Shown here: positions 31,613 to 40,629 of the stretch, piece after piece
How the letters are laid out: every line of letters begins with the position of its first letter
How positions within the stretch are numbered: position 1 is the first letter of the stretch
From: an uncultured Acidobacteriota bacterium
GTDB taxonomy: Bacteria; Actinomycetota; Acidimicrobiia; Spongiisociales; ZC4RG35
NCBI GenBank assembly: GCA_963828465.1
Contig: CAWHEU010000013.1
Span: forward strand, 32,001-96,000
DNA: 64,000 bases
Direction: 5' to 3'
Position numbers and translations under genes: made by a program
Notes under the pieces: model-generated
The model's database searches: none
What the model was told of the DNA's origin: nothing
Seen by the model: the letters and a program-made list of their open reading frames with translations, nothing else

Positions 31613-31918
31613 ATGGTCAACCGCATTCGTCTGTTCCTCGGGTTGGAGGCGGCGGTTTTCATCGCGGCCGCCCTCATCCATTTCGGAGTCGTCCTGGATG
31701 GCTACAACGACCAGGAGGCCGGCACGGCGGAGAGTGTCATTGCGATCGTTCTTTTGGCCGGTCTGCTGACCAGCCTGTTGCGCCCCGACTGGATGCGGCG
31801 CGCGGGAATCCTGGTTCAGGGTTTCGCCCTGGTCGGCACGTTTGTCGGCCTGACCCTCCTCGTCACCCTGGGCCCACGCACCCGCAAGGTTTCAGGGCAT
31901 GTCACATCGGGTAACTGA
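31613..31918 (+). CDS. Small membrane protein, possibly 3'-truncated
   Basis: Three TM segments then an abrupt hydrophilic end overlapping the next promoter. Confidence 0.6.
   Translation: MVNRIRLFLGLEAAVFIAAALIHFGVVLDGYNDQEAGTAESVIAIVLLAGLLTSLLRPDWMRRAGILVQGFALVGTFVGLTLLVTLGPRTRKVSGHVTSGN
31889..31914 (+). promoter_or_regulatory. SigB/SigF-family stress promoter of the CBS gene
   Basis: GTTT-N16-GGGTAA, then AAAGGAGG RBS and GTG 31940. Confidence 0.65.
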
Positions 31919-31939
31919 CACGGCGAAAAGGAGGTAGTC

Positions 31940-32359
31940 GTGCAAACCATTCATGAAGTCATGACGAAGGATCCGCTGACCGTCGATGAGGGGGCGCCCG
32001 TCAGCGAGGCGGCGCGTGTGATGCGTGAAGCCGATATCGGCGACGTTGTCGTCACCCGCCCCGACGGAAGCGTTTGTGGGATCGTGACCGATCGCGATCT
32101 TGCGTTGAACGTCGTCGCGGAGGGCAACGACCCCAGTTCGATGGTGGTTCGAGACGTCTGCAACCACACAGTCGAGTCTGTCGAATCGAGTGATCCGGTA
32201 GGCAAGGCGGTCCAGATGATGAGCGGCCGGGCCATCCGTCGGCTCCCGGTGATCGATGACGGCCGCCTCGTGGGCATCGTCACGCTGGGTGACCTCGCCA
32301 TGGAGCGCGACCCGGGGTCGGCGCTCGCCAGCATCAGCGAAGCCCCGCCCAACAACTGA
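31940..32359 (+). CDS. Tandem CBS domain protein
   Basis: EVMT.DP, GIVTDRD, IRRLPV, LVGIVTLGDL. Confidence 0.92.
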   Translation: MQTIHEVMTKDPLTVDEGAPVSEAARVMREADIGDVVVTRPDGSVCGIVTDRDLALNVVAEGNDPSSMVVRDVCNHTVESVESSDPVGKAVQMMSGRAIRRLPVIDDGRLVGIVTLGDLAMERDPGSALASISEAPPNN

Positions 32360-32377
32360 CCCGAACCCCCACGCGGG

Positions 32378-33757
32378 TCAGCCGACCAGGGTCTTCTCGA
32401 TCATGTCGATGGCATGATCGAGGTGATCACGAGTCGTGCGGCGATTGAGGATGGCGAACCGGAGCACGAAGCGCTCGGCGATCGTGGTTGGGGAGAGATG
32501 GACCACCCGCTCCGTGTTGATCGCCTCCAGCGCTAGACGGCCCAGGGCGTCGTCTTCGAATCGGAACGCCACCACCGAGAGGTCGGGCCTCCACGGGACC
32601 TCGAGACCGTCGACGCCCAGCAGTCTTTGATGGGCGTGTTCTGCAAGGTCGAGGCTGGTGTCGAGGGCGTCCCGGAAGGGACCCACCCCGTGGAGATGGA
32701 GCGGGAGCCACATCTGCAGGGCGCGGAACGGCCGGCTCAATTCGGGGCCGAGCGAGGCGATGTCCCTGATGCCCGAATCGTGATCTTCTTCTCGCAGATA
32801 GGCGCCGCGCCCCTGGTTTGCGTCGATCAGGTGGGACTCGTCGCGCACCAGCAGGGCGCCCACGCCGAACGGGACGGACAGGCCCTTGTGTGGGTCGATT
32901 GCGATCGAGTCTGCCTGCTCGATCCCGGACAGGACGGCATCGCCTCGCTTCGTCAACTGGAAGAAACCGCCATACGCGGCGTCGACATGAAGCCAGAGCC
33001 CCTCGTTGGCGGCGATCCCGGCCAGAGCGGGAAGCGGGTCGACAGTCCCGGTGTCGGTGGTCCCGGCCGATCCAACGACAAGGAACGGGTCACGCCCGGC
33101 ACTCCGGTCTTCGGCGATAGCCGCCGAAAGGGCATCCGGGTCCATCCTCAGATCGTGGTCGATGCCGACTTCACGGATCTGGTCCTTTCTGAAGCCGGCG
33201 ATTCGGGCGGCCTTCTCGAGCGAGTGATGGGTGTGACGGGTCACGTAGATGACACCCTTGGTGAATTCGTCCCCGAGTCTCGCAGTGCGAGCGGCGACCA
33301 CACCGGTCAGGTTGGCCATCGAGCCACCCGACACGATGACGCCGGAAGCCGATTCACCCATGTCGAAGAGGGACGCCATCCAACGCACCATCCCGTGCTC
33401 GATGGCGCTCATGCCCGGTGCCGCACCCGAGACCCCGGTGTAGCGATTGAGCCCGGCCGCGAGGAACTCGGCCAACGCCGCCGTATACAGGCCCGCGTTG
33501 GGTATGTACGAGAGGTGCCCGCCGGACGGGTGGAACACGCCGGAGCGCCCTGCCTCCTCGACGTCGGCCAAGATCGTGTCGAGGGAGCGGCCGTCGTCGG
33601 TGGGCGGGGCCATCAGACGCGCCGCCAGATCGTCATCCAATTCGACACCCGAGGCCGGCATGGTGTCGGCCCGGTCGAACCAGTCCTGGAGGACGTCGAG
33701 GACGCTCTCAGCCAACTCGGCGCGTTCCTGGTGCCCCGGCTCGAGGTTTCCCGACAT
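32378..33757 (-). CDS. PLP-dependent group II (aromatic amino acid-type) decarboxylase
   Basis: SGGSMANL, HHSLEKAA, AGTTDTGTVDP, WLHVDAAYGG, IDPHKGL. Confidence 0.9.
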   Translation of the reverse strand: MSGNLEPGHQERAELAESVLDVLQDWFDRADTMPASGVELDDDLAARLMAPPTDDGRSLDTILADVEEAGRSGVFHPSGGHLSYIPNAGLYTAALAEFLAAGLNRYTGVSGAAPGMSAIEHGMVRWMASLFDMGESASGVIVSGGSMANLTGVVAARTARLGDEFTKGVIYVTRHTHHSLEKAARIAGFRKDQIREVGIDHDLRMDPDALSAAIAEDRSAGRDPFLVVGSAGTTDTGTVDPLPALAGIAANEGLWLHVDAAYGGFFQLTKRGDAVLSGIEQADSIAIDPHKGLSVPFGVGALLVRDESHLIDANQGRGAYLREEDHDSGIRDIASLGPELSRPFRALQMWLPLHLHGVGPFRDALDTSLDLAEHAHQRLLGVDGLEVPWRPDLSVVAFRFEDDALGRLALEAINTERVVHLSPTTIAERFVLRFAILNRRTTRDHLDHAIDMIEKTLVG

Positions 33758-33845
33758 CGGAGTCAAGGTAGCCCGGATAGATGTCTTCGCCCACCCCGGA
33801 TCGGCGCATATACGATCACGCGATCTACAGCTTGCAGACGATCTG

Positions 33846-34655
33846 ATGTCAGGTTTCCTCTTCCCCCGCACTCCCAGTGGGCGCTCGTCTCTCATTCCGC
33901 CTCCGCCCTGGCATTACTCGGGCGAGATGCTCACCGTCGAATACCGCACCGACCCCGAGCGGGTGGCGGAGCTGCTCCCCGATGGGGTCGAGCTAGCCCC
34001 CGACGATCCGGGGGCAGTGGCACTGATCTGGGCCGATTGGCAGAGCTGCGGCGACACTTTCGAAGAGGTCCTCGACCCGGTGCGCTCCCAGTACAAGGAG
34101 TGCTTCGCTGTGGTCCGTTGCTCGTGGGGTGGGGAGACCTGGAGCCGATGCGTGTTCATCTGGGTGGACAAGGATTTTGCGTTGGTGCGGGGCTATCACC
34201 AGGGCTACCCCAAGAAGCTGGGCAGCATATGGATGACTCGCCCGATCACCATGGGCAGTGCAGGGCCCAGACTCGAGGCAGGGGGGCGCTTCGGGGCGAC
34301 ACTGGCGGCGGCGGACAGGAGCTTGGCCAGGGCCGTGGTCACGCTGGAGGCGCCCGGGCCGAGTCCTGGGTTCGTAAACGGGCATCAGATGCTTCACAAT
34401 CGAAGGTGGCCGGCGATCGAATCCGATGGTTCGGAGTCACTCGATGAGCTGGTGACGATGCAGGGCTACGACGGCGAGATCGGAGACGTCTGGAGCGGCT
34501 CAGCCGAGCTCGAGCTACTGCCGTCCCCAGCAGACGAGTTGTCGCTGCTTTCGCCATCGGAGGTCATCGCGGGCTACTACCACCGGGTTGGTGTTTCATG
34601 GAAAGGCGGCACGACACTGCGCCGCAAGGTGCCAATGGAGGTTGATGGTCAATGA
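33846..34655 (+). CDS. Acetoacetate decarboxylase superfamily protein, MppR/Sbi00515-like
   Basis: PRTPSGRSSLIPPPPWHYSG, YKECF, IWVDKDFALVRG, GYPKKLG Schiff-base Lys. Confidence 0.88.
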   Translation: MSGFLFPRTPSGRSSLIPPPPWHYSGEMLTVEYRTDPERVAELLPDGVELAPDDPGAVALIWADWQSCGDTFEEVLDPVRSQYKECFAVVRCSWGGETWSRCVFIWVDKDFALVRGYHQGYPKKLGSIWMTRPITMGSAGPRLEAGGRFGATLAAADRSLARAVVTLEAPGPSPGFVNGHQMLHNRRWPAIESDGSESLDELVTMQGYDGEIGDVWSGSAELELLPSPADELSLLSPSEVIAGYYHRVGVSWKGGTTLRRKVPMEVDGQ

Positions 34656-36106
34656 CAGCGATCCTCGATGAGCTCAAAGAACACGGGAAGACCGGTCTCT
34701 ACATCGGTGGGTCATGGTCTTCGGGCGTCGGCGAGATGCCCGTCGTCGACCCGGCCACCGAAGACGTGCTGGTCGATGTCGGCCTCGCCGAGGCCAGTCA
34801 CGCTGCGGATGCGGTCGATGCGGCCGCCGACGCCCTGGGACCATGGTCGGCCACGGCGCCACGTGATCGAGCCGAGATCCTCCGCCGCACCTTCGAAGCA
34901 ATGCGCGACCGCGAAGACACCCTGGCCGAGCTGATAGTCCTCGAGAACGGCAAGGCGTTCCCGGATGCACTCGGTGAGGTGCGCTACGCCGCCGAGTTCT
35001 TCCGTTGGTTCTCCGAGGAAGCTCCCCGCATCGGAGGCGAGGTTCGACTCGCCCCGGCGGGGGACAAGCGGATCATGACCGTTCTCCAGCCGGTAGGAGT
35101 CAGCGTGATGATCACCCCCTGGAACTTCCCTGCGGCCATGGCGACGCGCAAGATAGGGCCCGCCCTCGCCGCCGGGTGCACCGCGATCGTCAAGCCGGCC
35201 TCGGACACTCCTCTGACCACGCTCGCAGTCGTCCATCTCATGGAGGAGGCGGGGCTGCCGCCAGGCGTGGTGAACGTCGTCGTTGCCCGAGGGTCGTCTG
35301 GGGTGATCGAGCAGATGCTGCATGACCCCAGGGTGCGCAAGCTGTCGTTCACCGGGTCCACGGAGGTCGGCCAGACGCTGCTCAAGGTCGCCGCAGACCA
35401 GGTGCTGAATGTGTCGATGGAGCTCGGCGGCAACGCGCCCTTCATCGTGTTCGAAGACGCCGACCTCGACGCGGCGTTGGAAGGGGCAATGGTGGCCAAG
35501 ATGCGCAACGCCGGAGAGGCATGCACGGCGGCCAACCGGTTCCTGGTCCACTCGTCGATCGCGGAGAAATTCACATCGATGCTGGCCGGCGCCATGGGGG
35601 CGATGAAGGTCGGCCCGGGGATAGACCGGGGCAACCAGGTTGGCCCCATGATCAACGAGCGATCGCGCGACGACATCGCCAAGATGGTCCAAGAGGCGGT
35701 CGACTCGGGGGCGGGTGTCGCGGTCGGAGCGTCGGTGCCCGACCGCACGGGTTATTTCTACGAGCCCACCGTGTTGTCAGGTGTCTCCCCGGACGCCGCC
35801 ATCCTCGACCAGGAGATCTTCGGACCCGTGGCGCCGGTGGTCCTCTTCGACACCGACGATGAGGCCATCGCCATGGCCAACGACACGGTCCACGGTTTGA
35901 TCTCCTACGTCTACACGGGCGATCTGGCCCGGGGTCTGCAGACGGCGGAGGCCCTCGAATCGGGGATGGTCGGGCTCAACCGCGGCCTCGTATCCGACCC
36001 CGCCGCCCCGTTCGGTGGCGTCAAGCAGTCTGGCATAGGGCGCGAAGGCAGCCATGAGGGCATCGAGGAGTTCCTCGAGACCAAGTACATCGCAACCAGC
36101 TGGTAA
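34652..36106 (+). CDS. gabD: Succinate-semialdehyde dehydrogenase
   Basis: ITPWNFPAAMATRK, FTGSTEVG, MELGGNAPF, KMRNAGEACTA, PFGGVKQSGIGREGS. Confidence 0.88.
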   Translation: MTAILDELKEHGKTGLYIGGSWSSGVGEMPVVDPATEDVLVDVGLAEASHAADAVDAAADALGPWSATAPRDRAEILRRTFEAMRDREDTLAELIVLENGKAFPDALGEVRYAAEFFRWFSEEAPRIGGEVRLAPAGDKRIMTVLQPVGVSVMITPWNFPAAMATRKIGPALAAGCTAIVKPASDTPLTTLAVVHLMEEAGLPPGVVNVVVARGSSGVIEQMLHDPRVRKLSFTGSTEVGQTLLKVAADQVLNVSMELGGNAPFIVFEDADLDAALEGAMVAKMRNAGEACTAANRFLVHSSIAEKFTSMLAGAMGAMKVGPGIDRGNQVGPMINERSRDDIAKMVQEAVDSGAGVAVGASVPDRTGYFYEPTVLSGVSPDAAILDQEIFGPVAPVVLFDTDDEAIAMANDTVHGLISYVYTGDLARGLQTAEALESGMVGLNRGLVSDPAAPFGGVKQSGIGREGSHEGIEEFLETKYIATSW

Positions 36107-36115
36107 TGGCCCGCC

Positions 36116-37579
36116 TCAGGAAACGGTGCCCTGGCCGATCTGGATGGTCTTGAGGTCGGAGTGGAAATCGAGGGCATAGTCGCCGCCCTCCCGGCCAATG
36201 CCCGAGATCCCGATGCCCCCGAAGGGCGCGGTCAGGTCACGCACCAGATAGGTGTTGACCCAGATCGTCCCGGCACGTATGCCCCGGCCCACTCGCTCGG
36301 CGCGCTCCTCGCTGCCCGTGTACACGATCCCGGAGAGGCCATACGAGGTCGAATTGGCCAACACAACCGCTTCCTCCTCGTCGGCAAAGGTCTGGTAGGT
36401 GAGGACCGGGCCGAACACCTCGCGCTGAACGATCTCTGAGTCGTTGCCCAGTGGCTCGATCAAGGTCGGCTCGTACCAGAGCCCATCCTGTTTCCATCGC
36501 TCCCCACCCCGCAACACCCGGTCCCCGTGCCGTCGTGCCCTTTCAACGAAACCCTCGACCCGGGCCAGATGGTCGGGGTGGATCAGCGGGCTTACCGTGG
36601 TCCGGGGGTCGCGGCTGTCGCCGAGGACATGGGCATCGGTGTGTTCGTGGAACATCTCCAGGAACTCCGTGGACACGCTTTCCTCGACGAGGAGCCTGGT
36701 GCCGGCAAGACAGGTCTGGCCCGAATCGTCGTATTGGCCCGCAGCTTTCAGGGAGGCCGCCTCGAGGTCGGAATCGGCAAAGACGACCAGTGGCCCCTTC
36801 CCCCCGAGTTCGGCCGTGAAGGGAACGATGTTTCGCCCGGCGGCCACCCCGATGTGGCGCGCCGTCTCCGGAGAGCCGGTGAACGAGATCCGTCGGACAC
36901 GGCGATCGGAGACCAGGGCGGCACCGACCTCCTCACCGATGCCCTGGACGATGTTGAGCACTCCGGGTGGGAGCCCCGCTTCGGTCGCCAGATCGGCCAG
37001 GAGTGAGGCCGAAAGTGGCGCCCATTCCGCCGGCTTGAGGATCACCGTGTTGCCCGCCGCCAGCGCCGGGGCCAGTTTCCACGTCGACAGCAGCCAGGGA
37101 GCATTCCAGGGAGTGATGATGACGGCCGGCCCCGCCGGCATCCGCTCCACCTGGTTGTCGGTGCCCTTCGACGACCAGTGACGGCCCTGATAGGAGACGG
37201 CGAGATCTGCGTAGTTGCGGAAGTTCTCGGCCCCCCGGTGGATGACCCTCGCCTCGAGGCTCTCCAGCAGCATCGCCATGTCGGCGCACTCGACGCGGGC
37301 CAACATGCCGATGTTGGCGTCTATCAGATCGGCCAAGCGATGGAGCGGCTCGGCACGCTGTTTTGGGGTGAGTGAGGCCCAGCCCGGAAATGCGTCCACG
37401 GCGACGGTGACCGCCTGATCGGCGGTCAGCGGATCGCCACGAGCGACATCGGCGAGGTGCCAGTCCCAATCGAGAGGCGAGCGAACTTCGAAAGTTGCCG
37501 GCGAGGACACGCGTCTGCCCCCAATGAAATGGTCGGGGGACACGGCCGTGTCGGAGATCTCGACTCTGGTGGAGGGCAT
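36116..37579 (-). CDS. Aldehyde dehydrogenase, HpaE-like (muconate semialdehyde type)
   Basis: ITPWNAP, TWKLAPALAAGNT, ELGGK, GQTCLAG, VRDLTAPFGG. Confidence 0.85.
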   Translation of the reverse strand: MPSTRVEISDTAVSPDHFIGGRRVSSPATFEVRSPLDWDWHLADVARGDPLTADQAVTVAVDAFPGWASLTPKQRAEPLHRLADLIDANIGMLARVECADMAMLLESLEARVIHRGAENFRNYADLAVSYQGRHWSSKGTDNQVERMPAGPAVIITPWNAPWLLSTWKLAPALAAGNTVILKPAEWAPLSASLLADLATEAGLPPGVLNIVQGIGEEVGAALVSDRRVRRISFTGSPETARHIGVAAGRNIVPFTAELGGKGPLVVFADSDLEAASLKAAGQYDDSGQTCLAGTRLLVEESVSTEFLEMFHEHTDAHVLGDSRDPRTTVSPLIHPDHLARVEGFVERARRHGDRVLRGGERWKQDGLWYEPTLIEPLGNDSEIVQREVFGPVLTYQTFADEEEAVVLANSTSYGLSGIVYTGSEERAERVGRGIRAGTIWVNTYLVRDLTAPFGGIGISGIGREGGDYALDFHSDLKTIQIGQGTVS

Positions 37580-37619
37580 GGGGATCGTTAGCTAGCTAAG
37601 GATATGCTGGCATGAGCGC

Positions 37620-38150
37620 ATGCCGAGACGTCTCCATGACCACGACGAAGATGTCATCCTCGAAGCCGAGCGCGATATCCGCTCCAGACTGGGGGATCGG
37701 GCCCTCGACTTCGAGGCGATGCTGGCCGTCTCCAACATCTATCGGGCGGCCAACGCGGTCCGCAACCGGATGGAGCGCGAGGTGCTCGGACCTGCCGGCC
37801 TCTCGTGGGGCGGTTTCACCATTCTCTTCGTGCTCTGGGTCTGGGGCGAACGGGAGACCGGCCAGCTCGCCGAAGATTGCGGATTGGCCAAGGGCACGCT
37901 GAGCGGCATGCTCACCACATTGGAGAAGGGTGGGCTGGTCGAGAGGTCGCGTCATTCGGACGACGGGAGAAGGGTCGTGGTGAGACTTCTGGTGCAGGGT
38001 CTCAACACGATCGAATCCGTGTTTCCCGAGTTCAATCGTTACGAGGCCAAGTTCACCGCCGACCTCGACCACGAGGAGCGCCGGGAGATGGCCAGGCTCC
38101 TGCGCCGGGTCACGGCGACCGCCGACGGGGCCCGTCTCATCGCCGAGTGA
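37620..38150 (+). CDS. MarR family transcriptional regulator
   Basis: GLSWGGFTIL, TLSGMLTTLEKGGLVER, DGRR wing. Confidence 0.9.
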   Translation: MPRRLHDHDEDVILEAERDIRSRLGDRALDFEAMLAVSNIYRAANAVRNRMEREVLGPAGLSWGGFTILFVLWVWGERETGQLAEDCGLAKGTLSGMLTTLEKGGLVERSRHSDDGRRVVVRLLVQGLNTIESVFPEFNRYEAKFTADLDHEERREMARLLRRVTATADGARLIAE

Positions 38151-38201
38151 AGCCCCGGCCGGTACCATTCGTTAGGTAGCGAACGACCCGAGGAGGACCC
38201 T

Positions 38202-39077
38202 ATGGGCGAGATCGTCGGTGCCGGCCTGATCAGCCATGCCCCCACCATCATGTTCGATGAGGCAACCCGGCTGGAGATCAACGACGGCAAGGAGATCAGC
38301 CTGGTCCCCGGTCTGGTCCGTCTTCGCGACGAGGTGTTCGACCGACTCCAGCCGGACACGATCGTGATCATCGACTCGCACTGGCTCTCCACTGTCGAGC
38401 ACCTCCTCTCCGCCCACGCCCGGCGGCAGGGCACATTCACCTCATCCGAGTTGCCGAGGGGCATGGCCCAGATCCCCTACGACTATCCCGGCGACCCCGA
38501 GCTGGCCATCCTCGCCGCGACTCTGGGTGAGGAGTTGGGGACCCCGACCCACGCCTCCGTAGACGACCACCTTCCCGTCTATTACGCCACGATCAACCTC
38601 CTCCACTACCTGAGAAACGACGAGAACGTCGTTTCCGTGTCGGTGGTCCAGACCGGCGAGACGGATGATTTCATGACCATGGGTGAGGCGATCGGTGAGG
38701 CGATCGCGAGACTCGATCGGAGAGCGGTGGTGCTGGCGTCAGGCGGGATGAGCCACACCTTCTGGCCCCTGAAGCAGATCGCGAAGCACGAAGCGTCGGA
38801 TCCGGTTCACATCATCACCCCCGAGGCGCGGGCCGCCGACGAGGAGAGGCTGGAGTGGATGCGGGCCGGTGATCACGCCCGGATCGTCGACACCATGGGC
38901 GAGTACTTCGCTCATTCCCCGGAAGGCGCCTTCGGCCATTACCTGATGATGCTCGGCGCCATCGGGGGGCGTGACTGCACGGCACCCGGGGAGTTCTTCT
39001 CTGACTACGAGAACGCCACCGGCACGGGTCAGGTCCATGTCTGGTTCGACCGCCCAGCGGGCGGCTGGGTGAGCTGA
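38202..39077 (+). CDS. Extradiol dioxygenase, LigB/HpaD-like (homoprotocatechuate 2,3-dioxygenase)
   Basis: SHAP, IDSHW, YPGDPELA, LASGGMSH, TGTGQ motifs; cluster context. Confidence 0.87.
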   Translation: MGEIVGAGLISHAPTIMFDEATRLEINDGKEISLVPGLVRLRDEVFDRLQPDTIVIIDSHWLSTVEHLLSAHARRQGTFTSSELPRGMAQIPYDYPGDPELAILAATLGEELGTPTHASVDDHLPVYYATINLLHYLRNDENVVSVSVVQTGETDDFMTMGEAIGEAIARLDRRAVVLASGGMSHTFWPLKQIAKHEASDPVHIITPEARAADEERLEWMRAGDHARIVDTMGEYFAHSPEGAFGHYLMMLGAIGGRDCTAPGEFFSDYENATGTGQVHVWFDRPAGGWVS

Positions 39078-39117
39078 CAACGGAACCGGGTTGGCGTGTG
39101 CCAGAATCCTGGAAATC

Positions 39118-40629
39118 GTGGACGAGCCCACACGAGACGATCTGGCAGGTGACCTGGAATATCTCGCGGCGTCCCTCGAGACGCTCCCGATTGCCGTTAT
39201 CCCCGAGAATGGCGGGCTGATCGCCAGACGCGAATGGATCATCCGCACCATCCGCGATTACCTCCTCCCGCGGATGGGCGAACAGACCGCTCCTCTGATC
39301 GTGGTCTTCGCCGGGCCTACCGGTGCCGGCAAGTCGACACTCCTCAACTCGGTGACAGGGGCCGCCCACACGTTGGCCGGTCCGCTTCGACCGACCACCA
39401 AGGACCCGTTGGTCTTGTCGTCGGAGAAAAGGGCGGGCGAGTATGGGCACATCGGCGGTGTCGCCTGCGACGTGGTGACAGGGCGCGCTCCGATCCTCGA
39501 GGAGTTGATCCTCGTCGACACGCCGGACATCGACTCGACGGCGGTGGAGCATCGGGCCATGGCCGAGACCATGATCGACAACGCCGACATAGTGGTCTAC
39601 GTGAGCTCCGCCCTTCGGTACGCCGACCTGGTGCCATGGGAGGTGCTCCGCAGAGCCCACTCGAGAGGGGTCCCCGTGATCCAGGTCATGAACCGGATAA
39701 GGGGGTCGTCCGGGGGCGCCCTCGCCGACTACACATCGAGACTCGAGAACGAAGGGCTGGCGTCGGACATCGTCGCAGTCCATGAGCATCACATCCGCCC
39801 AGGGGCGCAGACGATCCCACCTGCTGCCGTCCAGGACCTACGAGACCGGCTGGTATCAGTCGTCGAAGCCCGGCGGGCGGGCGCAGCAGACGTGGTCCGA
39901 TCGGTCTTCGACACCACTATCGAGCAAACCCGTCATGTCATCGACGATGCCACGGCTTTGCTCGACGTGACCGGCTTCGCGACATCTCACGTGAAGAACT
40001 TGCTCGACGTGGATCTGGGACGGATCGGGGTCCGCCGTGAGAATGTGAAGGGGGCCGGGCTCGACCTGCGCCCGCTGGCCGACCTCGGTGGCCGTCGTTT
40101 TCACACCAAGGGCATGATCCGTCGACGCTTGCCGTCGTCTGTCGAAGTCGCCCGCAGTCTGACCCTGTTCGACGAATCGGTGATCGCTGCCGTGGACGCC
40201 GACATACGCCGCCAACTCCATGCCGGTGGCCTCATCCATGGTGAGGAGCGAAAGCAAGTCCTATCAGACACTCACCTCGCCACGCGCACGGCCGTGACCA
40301 GGTGGAGGAGCGAGATCGGAGCTCTCCCCGCCGTGGAATCCTCAAATGACCCTCCGCTGGTGTCCTTGATATTGGGGGGTTGCTGCTTCGACATGCCGGA
40401 TGGGCGTCTCGAGGAAGTGGTCAGGCTCGTGGCCCCGGCGATCGACCTGTCCGAATTTGCCCCCGATGTCGCGGCACGGCTCGTCGACCGTCTCATCCCC
40501 GTCTATGCCGGCGCCGAGCACCGCGTCGTTTCCCGGATGACTCTTGCCGCCCTGTCGCGGCGTTCCATCGATCAAGTCAAGGCATCGCGGTGGGCAGTGA
40601 TCGCGAGGTCGTCTTTCGCCAATGCATGA
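39118..40629 (+). CDS. Dynamin-like GTPase A
   Basis: GPTGAGKS, RPTT, VDTPDIDS, RYAD, VMNR; long helical C-terminus; GTG start chosen, TTG 39091 possible. Confidence 0.82.
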   Translation: MDEPTRDDLAGDLEYLAASLETLPIAVIPENGGLIARREWIIRTIRDYLLPRMGEQTAPLIVVFAGPTGAGKSTLLNSVTGAAHTLAGPLRPTTKDPLVLSSEKRAGEYGHIGGVACDVVTGRAPILEELILVDTPDIDSTAVEHRAMAETMIDNADIVVYVSSALRYADLVPWEVLRRAHSRGVPVIQVMNRIRGSSGGALADYTSRLENEGLASDIVAVHEHHIRPGAQTIPPAAVQDLRDRLVSVVEARRAGAADVVRSVFDTTIEQTRHVIDDATALLDVTGFATSHVKNLLDVDLGRIGVRRENVKGAGLDLRPLADLGGRRFHTKGMIRRRLPSSVEVARSLTLFDESVIAAVDADIRRQLHAGGLIHGEERKQVLSDTHLATRTAVTRWRSEIGALPAVESSNDPPLVSLILGGCCFDMPDGRLEEVVRLVAPAIDLSEFAPDVAARLVDRLIPVYAGAEHRVVSRMTLAALSRRSIDQVKASRWAVIARSSFANA

